This document shows, piece by piece, positions 46,266 to 58,194 of a stretch of DNA of 64,000 bases. The position numbers were made by a program, and so were the translations under genes. The stretch comes from Halocafeteria seosinensis. Taxonomy: Eukaryota. Location: positions 62,001-126,000 of the forward strand of contig LVLI01000229.1 in the NCBI GenBank assembly GCA_001687465.1, written 5' to 3'. Under the pieces are notes generated by a model. That model saw only the letters and a program-made list of their open reading frames with translations, was not told the DNA's origin and did not search any database. Every line of letters begins with the position of its first letter. Within the stretch, counting starts at the first letter, position 1.

Positions 46266-48786
46266 ATGCTTCCTACCGTGGGCAAGATGGCAACCATGCC
46301 GCGTTTATTGCCCCTCTTGGGGGCGATGCTGGCCTTGATGCAGTGGGGAGAGGCTTCCCTAGCTGTCTATCCCATTCCTAACGACGTTCCTGACGTCCCT
46401 GACAGCGCATCAGCCATTGCACGGGCGTTTAGGCCTCCTCCTGGATGTATTTGCATCGATACAGAGGACATGTAGGTGGTGGAATCCAACCAAAGCTGTG
46501 TGTTTTTAATTTATGCATGTCGATTGTGCAGACCCTGCAAGAAGTACGACTGCCGATGCGCCTGTAATCTACGCGCCGCAGCATGTGATGCGAACTGCTG
46601 CTGTGATCCTGATGTACGTGCTCTTTATATTGTTTTCCGTGTCTGTGTAGCGCTCCGCCGTCGCACGCACGTTAACGTTGAGGAATTCAAATTTGTGCCT
46701 TTTTCCAACGGATATATAATTTACACCCTTCTCATAATGCAGTGTTCTGATGAGGAAGTCAAGCGATTTACCGCCGCAGGGACTTGTTTACCGGAAGGGC
46801 CGTCTAACATTTCACTGGTCAGGAAATGCGTTGATTTGGAAGCTGACCCGGCGTTAGCAGCAGTCAATCCCAGGTTCCGGTGAGTAGACAAGTACATAGA
46901 ACCAAGCTTGAGCACATTATTTTGCGTTTAACGTGTAAAAGTCTCTTTTTTGTTGTTGACAGAATGGAGATTGAGGATTTCAATGCATTCGACGCCGCGT
47001 TTTGTGTGGTGGTTGAAAACAACCCCGTAGTGGGTCAGTTCTTTACGGACCCAGTCCCAGCGGGGCAGACGAACCTTGATTCGTCAACCTTGGACGAAGC
47101 TTCGGTCAAAGAAGCTAACCCCTTCGTAAGACAGTATTTGGAATCACTTGCTGACAGGGATAGCTTCTTTATCGATCAACCCAGTACTTACTCTGTTGGA
47201 ACCCCCGTTAAGGCAGCGCAGGACACGGGAAGTGGTCTTGAGCCTTTCCGAGGCGGGTTTTTCACTCTACTAGGCTCATCAGGCTCGTCGAGTCAGTGTT
47301 CTTTTTCGCGTATTGCAACATTCCGGGATGATGCTTTTGCCCTCCGGCAGCTGTTCGATGAACCTGACTATACGGCCCCCCACCAATCGCCTACATTGGG
47401 CTCCACGCTATTGGAAAACGTAGTGTATACCAACGAGCCACAGCTGGACACGTGTTATGCATCTATAACGTTCTCATCTAGTGGGTGTGAGTCTTTGAGT
47501 ACTAACCGATTCATCGAGAGTCTTCGCATTGGCCGCCAGCCTGACGCCAACCCTTCAACACCGAGCGATTTCCTTAACGTGGAAACGGGTTCTATCTTCG
47601 TCCAGGACGTTGATACAGGAAAGGCCCCAGAAGCGGACAACTTACCAGATACAACATTCTTAGATGAAGGCGGTATGTGCTCCTGTCGCAATGTCACGTC
47701 GGAAATCGTGTATACGTTGGAGCATAATGGGGAAGGGTCACTAGTTGGTGCTCGGGCAGATGTATCGTTAACAACTATACAGGGAACTTGTGGCTCCGTG
47801 CAGTATATTCCTGTCACAACAGGTATCACATATGTACCAGAGGAGTCTATACAGCAGGATCTGCAAAACGATGCAACATTAGAAAACGGGAACGCGATTC
47901 CGCGGGAGCGCAGCGGAAACCCAGGCTATCAGCGGAGCACCCCGGTGCTTGCAGGACGCCGTATAAACGCAGGAACCGACGATGAAGCTGTGGAAGCATT
48001 TACGCAGGGACTGCAGATGCGCGGACCAGATAGTGGAGGATTATGCAAGAACTCGGACTTTAATTCCGGCAGTTTTGTCGGTGTAAGATTTAACGAGGAT
48101 CTGGTTTTTGGTTGCGACGTAGAGCTGACGGTTAGCGATCTAGACTCAGACTGTCAATCTGTAAGTACACTATGGCAAAATGAGGAAGAACGTTTACTGA
48201 AAACGAGAAACTAAATGCCCATGTGTATCCTTCCTTCATGTATTTGCTATTACAGATGCCGGATGCATTTGGGCCAGTGGACTCTACGACAGACAGGATT
48301 GGAATCTTTGGAAACGCCGATCCAGCAGCACCGTTTCAGTGGATGCCGATAGCATTTCCAACTGCCGCACCATCAACGGCTAATTTTGACGACAATACGG
48401 CCACTTGTATTGACAAGGCCAGCGGTATCAGCATTGAATTCCTCGTGGCACAAGTTGGAGAGAAAGACAACCCGCAATTCAAAATTGTGTCGGTAAGAAC
48501 CTCAGTGCTGAAAGACAGCTGGACTCATTTCAATCCTTCCGGAACGGATACGTTTCAGTTCAAGACTGTTATTACGTGGTCTGTACTTCCGGATGAGGGA
48601 TTGGAGACGTTCGTACCGCCGCATCCTCAAATTTTGCCGAAACTCCCTGAAGACCTGTTCTTTCCGTTCGAATTAGCAGGAGAAAACGACGGTTCTGCTG
48701 CTCCAATAGAAGCTAAAGCTGTAGGGATGTCGGCTCTTATTGCAATGTGTATGATGACCGTTCTCTTTGCAACGAGATCATCGTAA
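46266..48786 (+). CDS. TCTN: Tectonic (ciliary transition-zone protein, DUF1619), 5 exons
   Basis: Signal peptide; CACNLRAAACDANCCCDPD|C across an intron; RSGNPGY...PVLAG; LPEDLFFPF; hydrophobic C-terminus. Confidence 0.92.
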
Positions 48787-48789
48787 ACC

Positions 48790-51700
48790 CTAGTTTTCCC
48801 AAACGTTGCCCGTCGGGAAGCCATCCTCTTTGTTCTCCAGAAGTACTTGTTCAAGCGCTCCAGATCCAACGCCCAACTTATCACCCAACTGCCCGAAGAT
48901 TTCCACTATTGTTCCGTCTTCAAGGCGCAGGAAATGCCGGTACAATTCCCGGGTGCCACTTAGGGTTACGTGATATATAATCAAGTGGCTTGTCTTCTCT
49001 TCAACATTTTCATCAAGGGGATCGCTAACTATGTATTCACACACGGCGATCTTGCGCTTTGTGCCGTCTGGTCCTCTCCATCGCGAAGCTTTGGCACAGA
49101 TCCAGTTCAGCTCTGAAGCGGAGATCTCCATGTCATCGGGTACTAGGAAAACAGTGTCAGGTGCATTTAACCTTCGATACAGATCCAACATCCTGCCATC
49201 CATATGGATGTGTAGAAGGAATATATAGAGTAGAAATCCCCCAAGCAACATGAGGACTGCGTAAACAAAAGCTGTCAAAACAATACCGGCCACTGCGCTT
49301 CCTTCCTCCTCCTCAAATCTGTTAGGAAGCTTAAATGCGTCTCCTTCGTGACATGCGCAGTCAGGATCGCCTAGATCATTTTCACAAGCTGGATCTGCCT
49401 TGCAATTAAAGTTTCCCGCGCTAGCATCTACCAGCAAAATCAGAAGCGGGTTCAAGACCGCGCCGATACCATAAAAGGTGACAAATCGCGAATAAATTTC
49501 TGGAACATGACCGAATATGGAAAGTGAACTCCATGCTACCAGTACGAACACTCCAAGGAGCAGATTCACTCCTAAGGGGCCTGCTGTTACCGATCCCAAT
49601 TCGTATTCGAACGGAAGGACATTCGCCATGTACTTGGTAACCACGTCGAAGGGTCGCGGTTCGAATCCGAACACCGGTATACGCAGAGAACGAAGTAGCA
49701 ACCACTGCGCTAAATAGTGAACGTATATACGCAAATAGAGCGCAACTATGAGAAGAAATACTTGAACCCAGAATGCAACCGTTCGCCAATTCCATTCGGC
49801 CAAATCCGCTAAGAGTTCCATTTGGATGTACTTGAGCTTGCGAAGACTTTCGGGCATCTTTCTGCCCCACAAATGTTTTCCTTGTTGTCTCGTGATAGCA
49901 TAGTAGTAGCCAGATAAACTTTGGTCGTCGTAGCTGTTTCCGTTTACTGCGTTATGCTTCCTTTTAGCTCTCCATCGCCGCACGTTCGCATTGGTGTCCT
50001 CACCCATAAATGCACGCGTCTCCTCAGGGATGCCGTCAACATCATCTAAACTTGACCCACCTCCTTCTTGCAGACCAAAACGGAAGGCATTCGCTTGGGA
50101 TCCGTCAGACTGCCTCTCGGATTCTGCCACCTTTCTGCGATCAAGGGTAGGATCTGCTATTCGTATGTCTTCGTAAACGTCCCACTCCACGTCTTCCTCG
50201 TCTATATCTTCGTCAATCTCGTCAAAGAGATGAGATGGGGAGTTCTGAGGACTTTGTCCGATTTGGGAGCTATGCTTTTGGTCTCCATTTTCTTCGTTTC
50301 TCACATCAACATGGAAGGATCGTGATGGTCCAAGCTGCGAAGCGTTCTCGTTGCCATTTAGTTTCTCCGAGGGTACAGCAACAGCATCATCCTGATTATG
50401 TTTAGACTCTGCTGGTTCAGTTTCCGCATTATTTTCATCCGTCATTGCATTCGCCTCTGCGGACTGTCGTTTCAAGTGCTCAATACCAGAATAGTCCGCC
50501 GTCTTCGGTAATTGCAGCAGTTCACGAGTATACGCTACTTCAATATCATACTCTCTTATTTTCTCATCACTACCCTGTGTGTCGTTTGCATCTCCTTCAC
50601 TTGGAGGAGCGATATTACCATTACGATTAACGCGGGATGTTTCTACCTCTCGAGGAAGAAGGACAATGTCCATGTACAGGTTAGCGAGCCACGTATCTAG
50701 ATCGGCCGAGATAGTCTTCTCGATTCCAATGTACTGGTCAATCTGGTAGTCAATTTCATTTTTCAGCAAAGGAACCTGAAACTTTCCGCGTATTGGTCGA
50801 AAGTTGGCATCCACTGCTGGCAATGCTCCCCAAGCAACTACACGGTCCACGGGGTATCTTTGAGTGCCCAGGAGAAAAACCTCAAATATGAGGCAATATG
50901 ATGGCTTCAATTGAGAAGGCGGTGGCGTTGCCATACCAATGCTCTTACCTATGGCCAAATCAATGTCGTAGTAGCGTCCTTTGTGTCGAACAGGAGGGGT
51001 AGCAGCACTCTTACCCATGGTAAACGACTGGGTTTGTCCACTAAATAAGTTGACCCCTTTTACTGTATTCGCGGGTACCCCTGTCCCAGGGGAGAGCTGG
51101 GACCACCTTAGTGGTGTTCCTCCGACCTTGTCAAATAGACTTACCAAGACGGAATAGTTCCCTCGAGGGAGCTTGTTTTTAACAGCGCGCATACAGTGCA
51201 ATCGAATATCCATCGGTTGCGGGAGGTCATTCCAGTTAACGGTCAATTTCCTTATTCCAGCTCTTCCAGGTTTTAACTCTCCATATTTACTTCTAACAGT
51301 TGCTTTCTCCCTATGCAAACGCTGGCGCAGCGCCCGTTCGGCTTTATTCCATTCCCTGTGGATGGCGGATTCTCGTGCCGACATTTCAGCCAAGCGTGCC
51401 TTCTCTTTTTGCTGCACCCGCTTTTTCATCTGCTGTCTTTCTTTAAAAACGTGTTGCCGCGCCTTCTTCTCTGTTTCCGTTAACCTCCTCTGACGTTCAC
51501 GATAAACCTCTTCTTCCGCTTCCTCATGCTCCTGCCTCGCCTTTTGAATTGCTTCTTCCCGATCCTTTAGTTCGTCCTCATCCAAGAGTCCAACCAAAAT
51601 CTCTTCCTCTGCTGCGGCTCCTGAGAACTCTTGTTCATGCTCAGGGAACTCCTCATGCTCCACTTGCTGTCTCCAGTATTCTGGGGTATTTTCATCAAGT

Positions 51701-52140
51701 ACCCCTGAGGACGGCGACTCTTCCTCGTCCTCTGCCGCCTCTGGAATACGGCTATACTTTTGGCCACCAATGGCACTGGCATTCTCATTAGTTGCGGTAT
51801 CCTCCCCATTTCCAGAAGCACTCTGGGCACTGCTTGTGTAGGTAAATGACGCTTGATTTTCATCTTCACGAAGTGGCGCCAGGAATTCATCGTCCTCTTC
51901 CTCCCCTATGAATCCATGCCCACCAGTTCCATGTCCTGTATCTCGTGTGTCATTAGTAGGGAAACCTGACATGACGGTCGAAGGATCTCTGGTATGGCCA
52001 TTTTGGCCATGGAAAGAGCTGGAATGCTCCACGGAATCGTTGTCAGAGATGGTCAAGTTGTGGTTCGATTCAGACGCATTCAAGGTCTGTCTTTGTCCGA
52101 ACGAGACATCCCTCCGGTGCGTCTTTGTCTCCTCTTCCAT
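48790..52140 (-). CDS. OFCC1: OFCC1-like multi-pass membrane protein
   Basis: 1116-aa ORF with an acidic/coiled-coil N-terminus, the segments PQPMDIRLHCMRAVKNKLPRG and VVAWGALP...GKFQVPLL, several TM helices, and HMDGRMLDLYRRL...FLVPDDMEIS, recalled as OFCC1-family segments. Confidence 0.75.
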   Translation of the reverse strand: MEEETKTHRRDVSFGQRQTLNASESNHNLTISDNDSVEHSSSFHGQNGHTRDPSTVMSGFPTNDTRDTGHGTGGHGFIGEEEDDEFLAPLREDENQASFTYTSSAQSASGNGEDTATNENASAIGGQKYSRIPEAAEDEEESPSSGVLDENTPEYWRQQVEHEEFPEHEQEFSGAAAEEEILVGLLDEDELKDREEAIQKARQEHEEAEEEVYRERQRRLTETEKKARQHVFKERQQMKKRVQQKEKARLAEMSARESAIHREWNKAERALRQRLHREKATVRSKYGELKPGRAGIRKLTVNWNDLPQPMDIRLHCMRAVKNKLPRGNYSVLVSLFDKVGGTPLRWSQLSPGTGVPANTVKGVNLFSGQTQSFTMGKSAATPPVRHKGRYYDIDLAIGKSIGMATPPPSQLKPSYCLIFEVFLLGTQRYPVDRVVAWGALPAVDANFRPIRGKFQVPLLKNEIDYQIDQYIGIEKTISADLDTWLANLYMDIVLLPREVETSRVNRNGNIAPPSEGDANDTQGSDEKIREYDIEVAYTRELLQLPKTADYSGIEHLKRQSAEANAMTDENNAETEPAESKHNQDDAVAVPSEKLNGNENASQLGPSRSFHVDVRNEENGDQKHSSQIGQSPQNSPSHLFDEIDEDIDEEDVEWDVYEDIRIADPTLDRRKVAESERQSDGSQANAFRFGLQEGGGSSLDDVDGIPEETRAFMGEDTNANVRRWRAKRKHNAVNGNSYDDQSLSGYYYAITRQQGKHLWGRKMPESLRKLKYIQMELLADLAEWNWRTVAFWVQVFLLIVALYLRIYVHYLAQWLLLRSLRIPVFGFEPRPFDVVTKYMANVLPFEYELGSVTAGPLGVNLLLGVFVLVAWSSLSIFGHVPEIYSRFVTFYGIGAVLNPLLILLVDASAGNFNCKADPACENDLGDPDCACHEGDAFKLPNRFEEEEGSAVAGIVLTAFVYAVLMLLGGFLLYIFLLHIHMDGRMLDLYRRLNAPDTVFLVPDDMEISASELNWICAKASRWRGPDGTKRKIAVCEYIVSDPLDENVEEKTSHLIIYHVTLSGTRELYRHFLRLEDGTIVEIFGQLGDKLGVGSGALEQVLLENKEDGFPTGNVWEN

Positions 52141-52588
52141 CCTATGTGCCTAGACTGTAAATCGAAGTAGCGGAAAGCAATGAAAAAAGCGTCGAAAGGA
52201 GCCTCAGTCTTGGGGTGATGTGGCTCTGGACTGTCTCTCAGCTTCAACTTGGACTCTCCACTCTCCAAATCACCATGGCCGTCATCCACTGTACTCTATG
52301 ACCCAATTCTCTTAACATGTACAAAGAAATAGCGAATACTTTATGTGTCGAGACGCAACAGCTATCAAACCCTCCTCATGTCCTCTAAATATCCCCACCG
52401 TGCCATGGTACGGGGATCGCACGGGACCACCCTGCTTGGCACGGGTGAGAATCCAAACCAGCAGCGGAAGCAAATACTGAATGAGCGAAAGACGATAAAA
52501 ACGAATTGTGGGGCATTCAATGTATCAGCTGTTCATTTTCTTCAATGATAAACCGTGGAAGTGCCGATTTTTTCAAGACGAGAGTTCC

Positions 52589-54576
52589 TCACCTCCCACC
52601 AAGAATTCGAGCCCATGACGTCTTGCCACCAGCAGCACTGGAGGAGTTACCAGCGCTATGTGCCTGGCCATCGTGGCCATCTGTACTGTTACTGTAACCA
52701 ACTGGCGCTGCTGAATTTTCTTGAACGTGGTTGGGATGCACGTGATCGACCGGTGCATTATAAGCTGGTTTCTGGGGAGCCATATTCGCTGGCTGATGGT
52801 GATGAGGCGCTGTTCCACTGTCGGCAGGAACATGAGATGGAGGTGGTGGTTGATGATGCCCTCCTTGAGCATGCTGGGCGCTACCTGAAGTAGGAGCAGG
52901 CGGATGAGAAGACTGCTGCATGCTACCCGGTTCCGAACTGGATGTCGCAGAAGATCCTCGAAGCAATACTTGCTGCCAGGGTCCCCGTTCGCCCATAGCA
53001 GCCTCCGGAGGAGCCATTCCCATTTCTGACGTAATGGCGACTCCTTCGACACTACTTGTTGCGCCAACTGCCATTCCGCCATTCTCGCTTGCAGTTGCAT
53101 GACTATGAGCTTCTTCTTGCTGATACTTAGCAGCTGCTGCTGATGGATTAGACGATTGTATCACAGTCATTGGAGGGAAGGCAGAAGCACTGGGTGCGCG
53201 CTGCTTCCTTTGGTTGGGTTTATTAGCTCCCTGTTTGTTATTGGTGTTGCCCCGCCGTCCTTTGTCTCCATCTCTGTTTGCACCACCACCCCGTCGTCCT
53301 CCTCGACGATCTCGGGTACCACCTCGCTGCTCTCCTTCATTACGCCTACCTCCTCGATTGTTCCGACCCTGTTGCCGCCTATTGTTATTTTGTCTCACTG
53401 GTTGCCCGTCCTGGTCATATTGCTGTTGATACTGCTGCCCCTGCTGAACGGGCAGAGAAGGGACAATACCAGCATTCTGCATTGCTTCTAGCGTCGCAGC
53501 GTCATAAGGCTGAGCCTGCATGGGGGGCATCATCATCCATTGTCCGTTTGGTGCTGCCATATTGGGCATATTAGGCATCATCATCTGATAGGGAGACATC
53601 ATGTTCATGCCAGGCATTTGCATTTGAGGAGCTTGTTGTTGATTCTGGTTCATGTTTCCTCTTCCAACACCCCCACCGCGGTTACGACCACCACCACCTC
53701 GGTTCCTCCCAGGAGCTCCCTTTCGCCAGTTCCGACTATTAGGACCACCGCGGCCGCCACCGCGACCACCACCGTTCATGTTGCCTGGGTTATCGACTAC
53801 ACGTGTGTCAATGCAAACATCTGCGAGTAAACAAAGGGCTACTTAGGAAACGCGTTCACCGACTCACTCCCCTGACGATGGTACTCACGTTGGTCTCTCG
53901 GAACCACTTCAGCATCGGGAAGTGGTTGCTGATATCCCTTGGCAGAGGTATCCACTGCATCCTCCTTGGTCGCCAAGACGATTGTCATACACGGGATATA
54001 ACGTTCCTTTTCAATTCTGTTCATGCAGAGAAAGAAGAAACACGCATACATCGTGTAAATGCGTTTAATTCGAAAATCCATAACTTACGGTTCCAGGCCA
54101 CTCTCTGGATCAATTGGTTCAAAGCGATCCACAACTTTTTCAGAAATAATATCTGTCACTTGGTGGAGACCAGATAAGCGCCTTTTGCACACTTCAGCAG
54201 TGGTGACAGCTTTATAAATGCAACGTCCCATAGCTTTAAGCGTGACCTGTACAAATATACACCCTCATTATATATCCACCAGGTGTGCTTTCATCATCGT
54301 GTCACTTACTTTTTCAAAGTTCTTCTCTTCAAAGAGCGAGAGCGCGTACGAGACGTACGCTTCAATCTTGCTCTTGTTTGTGATACGCACTTCGTCCTCG
54401 GCGGCTGTATCCTTATTTTCTTGGACTTTCCTGTACTTGGACATATCGACACCACCTCGGCGTCCAGATTGGGTGCCTCGAACTTCAGTGGCCTCGTTCT
54501 CGGCGCCAGTGGTTCCAACGGTGGCCGGCTCTTCCTTGCCATGTTCGGGCATTGAATTCTCGTGCACTTCACTCAT
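52589..54576 (-). CDS. Alba-domain (Rpp25-like) RNA-binding protein with an RGG- and Q/N/M-rich tail (4 exons)
   Basis: Spliced Alba domain: EVRITNKSKIEAYVSYALSLF...VTLKAMGRCIYKAVTTAEVCKRRLSGLHQVT...GYQQP. The last exon is RGG-rich and prion-like. Confidence 0.88.
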
Positions 54577-55739
54577 TATGAACGGATCCAAAAATTGGTA
54601 TTGACTGTACAATACGGAGTACTACACTAAAGGGCTGCACAAGGGGAAAGAAAACAACAAAAATGGTCAGGGGGATACTCTCGGGGAATTCATAGGGGCG
54701 TCAGTATCCCAGGGGTCCAGAGCAGAACTCTCAGGACGGTGTGGGCGGCGATTTTTCAAAACCCAGCCATTAATCTTCCTTTAAACACATCCAATACGAC
54801 AGAACCATGATATATCTCCCCGTATACTCAGCATGGCACCGCCCAGAATGGCCATGTGAGCCAGAATAGCCCCACAAGAACCTAGTTGCAGTAGCGCTTA
54901 AGAGACACAAAGCCAATATTACCGAGTTTTCAACGCCATTCACTCCCTTCCATTCCAATGAATACCTCTCCATACAAGCAAAGAAGCGTACAGGCTGGGG
55001 AAATGACTTACGTATCTCTCCAATAGACTGTATAATGGATGTCTCTGACTGGGAATTGTCCTCGGAGCAGCTTTGAATCCACCACTACAAGTTTATTCAC
55101 AGCAACAAGTGTATATACTGTAGTCAGTAGTACACTTAAGAGGGGAAAAAATGAGAGTTTCAGAGAGCACTAGTTGTACAATATCGGGGGAAAGCAGGGA
55201 CTGCGTATGCAGAACCCGAGAAGATAAAAGTAGACGAAATGTTTGTCGTTATTCACAGTGGGCCACAGTGGCCATAGCAGAACAGCTGTACGCGAATCAC
55301 GTACACAGTGAGAACCTGGATACGGATACTGTAGAGCTGCCATGCCGTCTCACGCGCGGGCTATACACAATGTGCTGCAAATTTGCTTGACTTATGGTAA
55401 CAGCAGGACGAGTCCCACTTTGTCTTTTGCGGCTATCTGTCACCAGTGTGTCACACATGTATGAACCTGGAAGTTCCATTGGTATGTCTATTCAGGGGCA
55501 CGCCTTCGGCGGCATTTTGCGGATGATACTGGTACAATATCTTCTTTTTTATGCGCTGTGCATGGATGTAGTCTTCGTCCATAGATGATCAGTTTAATCG
55601 TCATCCGTGTCCGTAGACCATAAAATTACCAGTACTAGAGTGTATGTGTACTGTACAATTTACATGGCCTACCGGCTGAATTACCATACGCTGGGAGCCT
55701 GGGACCAATCCACCTGACACTGATCTAAGGATTTGATGC

Positions 55740-57302
55740 TCAGGCAGTGATCTTCCTTACTCTTTGCACTACTGGTTTTCCGAGGGAGCAGGATTGAAGA
55801 GGAAGGATAACATGATTCCGTCTAGATGAAGAGGTAGTAGCATCCGACGACGAAGATGTGACTAATGGCCCACCGCCAGCTGCATCCGTGTCGAGCTGAA
55901 ACCTCAATATCGGCAGCATGTTAGTTCTTTTGTACCACGCAGTATGAGGCCAGACCACTGTACCGTCCAGGCTGTACAATTTACCTCGTATGCTGCTGAG
56001 ATCCGCGGAATTTCCTTCAGCTACCAAAGATATATTTTGACTGCTTCGTCGGCCAACAAGTGCGGACGTTGACATAGGGTTATCCACGCAATTGAACACC
56101 GAATCTTTGACTTGAATAGTGCCACTTGCTTCGGGAAGAATGTGACCGATAATGCCCCCAGCAGTAGAGCCCGTTATTGAACCTGAGGAGTACGTATTCC
56201 GAATAAACACGTTTCCAGTAGCAAGCCCCGGGTGACCTCCGGTTTTGGCTCCACAGATTCCTCCCGAGCTATTGCCATTAATATTCCCTCTGGTATAGCA
56301 GTTGATAATGTGTACTTCTCCATTATTCTCTGCTACGTCCTCAGCAGCTATTCCGCCGCTGTTCGTTGCACTAATCCTCCCAGTGGTATAGCACTGCTCA
56401 ATATATACCCGCCCGCTACCCCAACCTGCGTCATCCCCTACAATCCCGCCGCTGTACAGACCAACGATATTCCCAGATGAAGATGACTGAGATATATACA
56501 GTGTAGCTCGGTTTGCCCCAGGAAGACTCCCACAAATCCCCCCTGCCAAAGAGCCTTCTATGTTTCCAGTTGAGTAGCAATTCGTTACGTTCACAAAGCC
56601 ATAGTAACCACCTGTCTGCCTTCCTGTTATCCCACCCGCAAAGTCTCCGTGTATTGTCCCCGTAGTGAAGCAATTCGAAACCTTTATTTGACCACCCTCG
56701 TAGCCGCTGAAAGCACCGCATATTCCACCGGCTCTATTGTTCAGAATCAGTCCTGATGAGCTACATAGACTAACGGAAAAATATTTTTGTAGCGGTCGTA
56801 CGATGAAACCGCCGCTCCGCGCCAGTGATCCGTTTCTGACGTGGACGTTGCGAATGGATGGAGCCTCAGCAAATGATGTAACGCCTTTGGTTTCAAATAA
56901 GCCGTGGAACTCTTGGATACCACTCAAGTCGATTTCACGGTTCGACCCTCCGTCGAATTGTTCGTTTCCACGCAAAGAGATGTAATGTTCGTTGGTGTAT
57001 CCGCTTGCTGACCATTCCAACACACTGCAGTTTAGTTGGAAGAGTCGATTATCCTCAGAATAGTGGACACATGGTTCTCTTCTCTGTAAGATTCGGTTCC
57101 GCAGATCCTTCGATTCACCCGTGCACTTGGGATGGAGGAGAAGCATCATAAGGAGAAGACATCGATGTAAATAAACCCAAGTACCCCAGCACCCTCTCCA
57201 GCTTGCGGCACAGGTATGGTCGCTTCTTTTCACCTTCATACATGTAGCCGGCACAGCTCCAGAGAGCGCTCCATAGCTCGCAAAAGGTATCCAGCTTGAC
57301 AT
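55740..57302 (-). CDS. Gly-rich GLUG-motif-like (beta-solenoid) protein, probably secreted
   Basis: About seven ~32-aa repeats of the form C(Y/F)(S/T)TGxIxGxx(A/S)GGI(C/V/T)G, and a hydrophobic stretch near residues 40-60. No intron is needed. Confidence 0.8.
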   Translation of the reverse strand: MSSWIPFASYGALSGAVPATCMKVKRSDHTCAASWRGCWGTWVYLHRCLLLMMLLLHPKCTGESKDLRNRILQRREPCVHYSEDNRLFQLNCSVLEWSASGYTNEHYISLRGNEQFDGGSNREIDLSGIQEFHGLFETKGVTSFAEAPSIRNVHVRNGSLARSGGFIVRPLQKYFSVSLCSSSGLILNNRAGGICGAFSGYEGGQIKVSNCFTTGTIHGDFAGGITGRQTGGYYGFVNVTNCYSTGNIEGSLAGGICGSLPGANRATLYISQSSSSGNIVGLYSGGIVGDDAGWGSGRVYIEQCYTTGRISATNSGGIAAEDVAENNGEVHIINCYTRGNINGNSSGGICGAKTGGHPGLATGNVFIRNTYSSGSITGSTAGGIIGHILPEASGTIQVKDSVFNCVDNPMSTSALVGRRSSQNISLVAEGNSADLSSIRGKLYSLDGTVVWPHTAWYKRTNMLPILRFQLDTDAAGGGPLVTSSSSDATTSSSRRNHVILPLQSCSLGKPVVQRVRKITA

Positions 57303-58194
57303 GTCGCAAACTCAACTGACTGACTCGTGGTGGACGCGAAACTAAACTTGCTCAGGTACTCAAGAATTTGGTGAGCATCGCTTGTACAACACAATTAGAA
57401 CAGCCATATTGATTTTTGAAGAGTGTCTGTCTCTATGATTACTGCCATGGCGTCCATGATGATCCATCCAAAGAAACGAAAGACAATCTTTTCTTGGTGA
57501 TTTCCTGCAGATTCTGTGTGCACCGGTTTGAGCTTCAGAGGTGATCCGTGATGATTGCGCCCCTGTCACAAACTGGAAATCCCTGCATGCTGTCCGTATG
57601 AACAACGCTGCATTGCGGGCAGTGTTCGCAAAGTCACAAGCATGCACCCCCGCAGCTAGGCTACCTGGGAAGGCATCAGCGCGTAGGCCGTGGGTTCCAT
57701 CAGGACATACATACATATGTATGTCCAGAGCATTCTGAGAAATTCAGCTTGGAATGGGCATTGGAAACACAATACTGATGTATGAATACCACGAGTGCAC
57801 TTGGAAGGCAAACTCCTCTGGTTGGCACATGCTGTAGTACAGCCGCTGTACTACCATACCCTCGACCACTGTATTCTAAGATTTGCCAGTGCCCGTAGCA
57901 CCCCTCCGCACTTTCGTTTTTCCGAGGAGCACTATAACATATGCCGGTATACAATAGTTCATAATTTACAGAAAGACACCGCCCAAACTCTATACTGCTG
58001 AAACTCTTGGAGATAGAGTGCAAAACGATTGTAGAGTACGTCTATTGTTATCCACAGTGGCTGCAATGATTGTGCCATCATCCTCCCGAACAAATGAACT
58101 CCTAAGAGCGAAACACATCGGACGATACTGTCGGGACGTTACAGTACTGCATACAAGGGTTCTCCATTTCCCGGCTTCTCACTGCCGCCATCTG

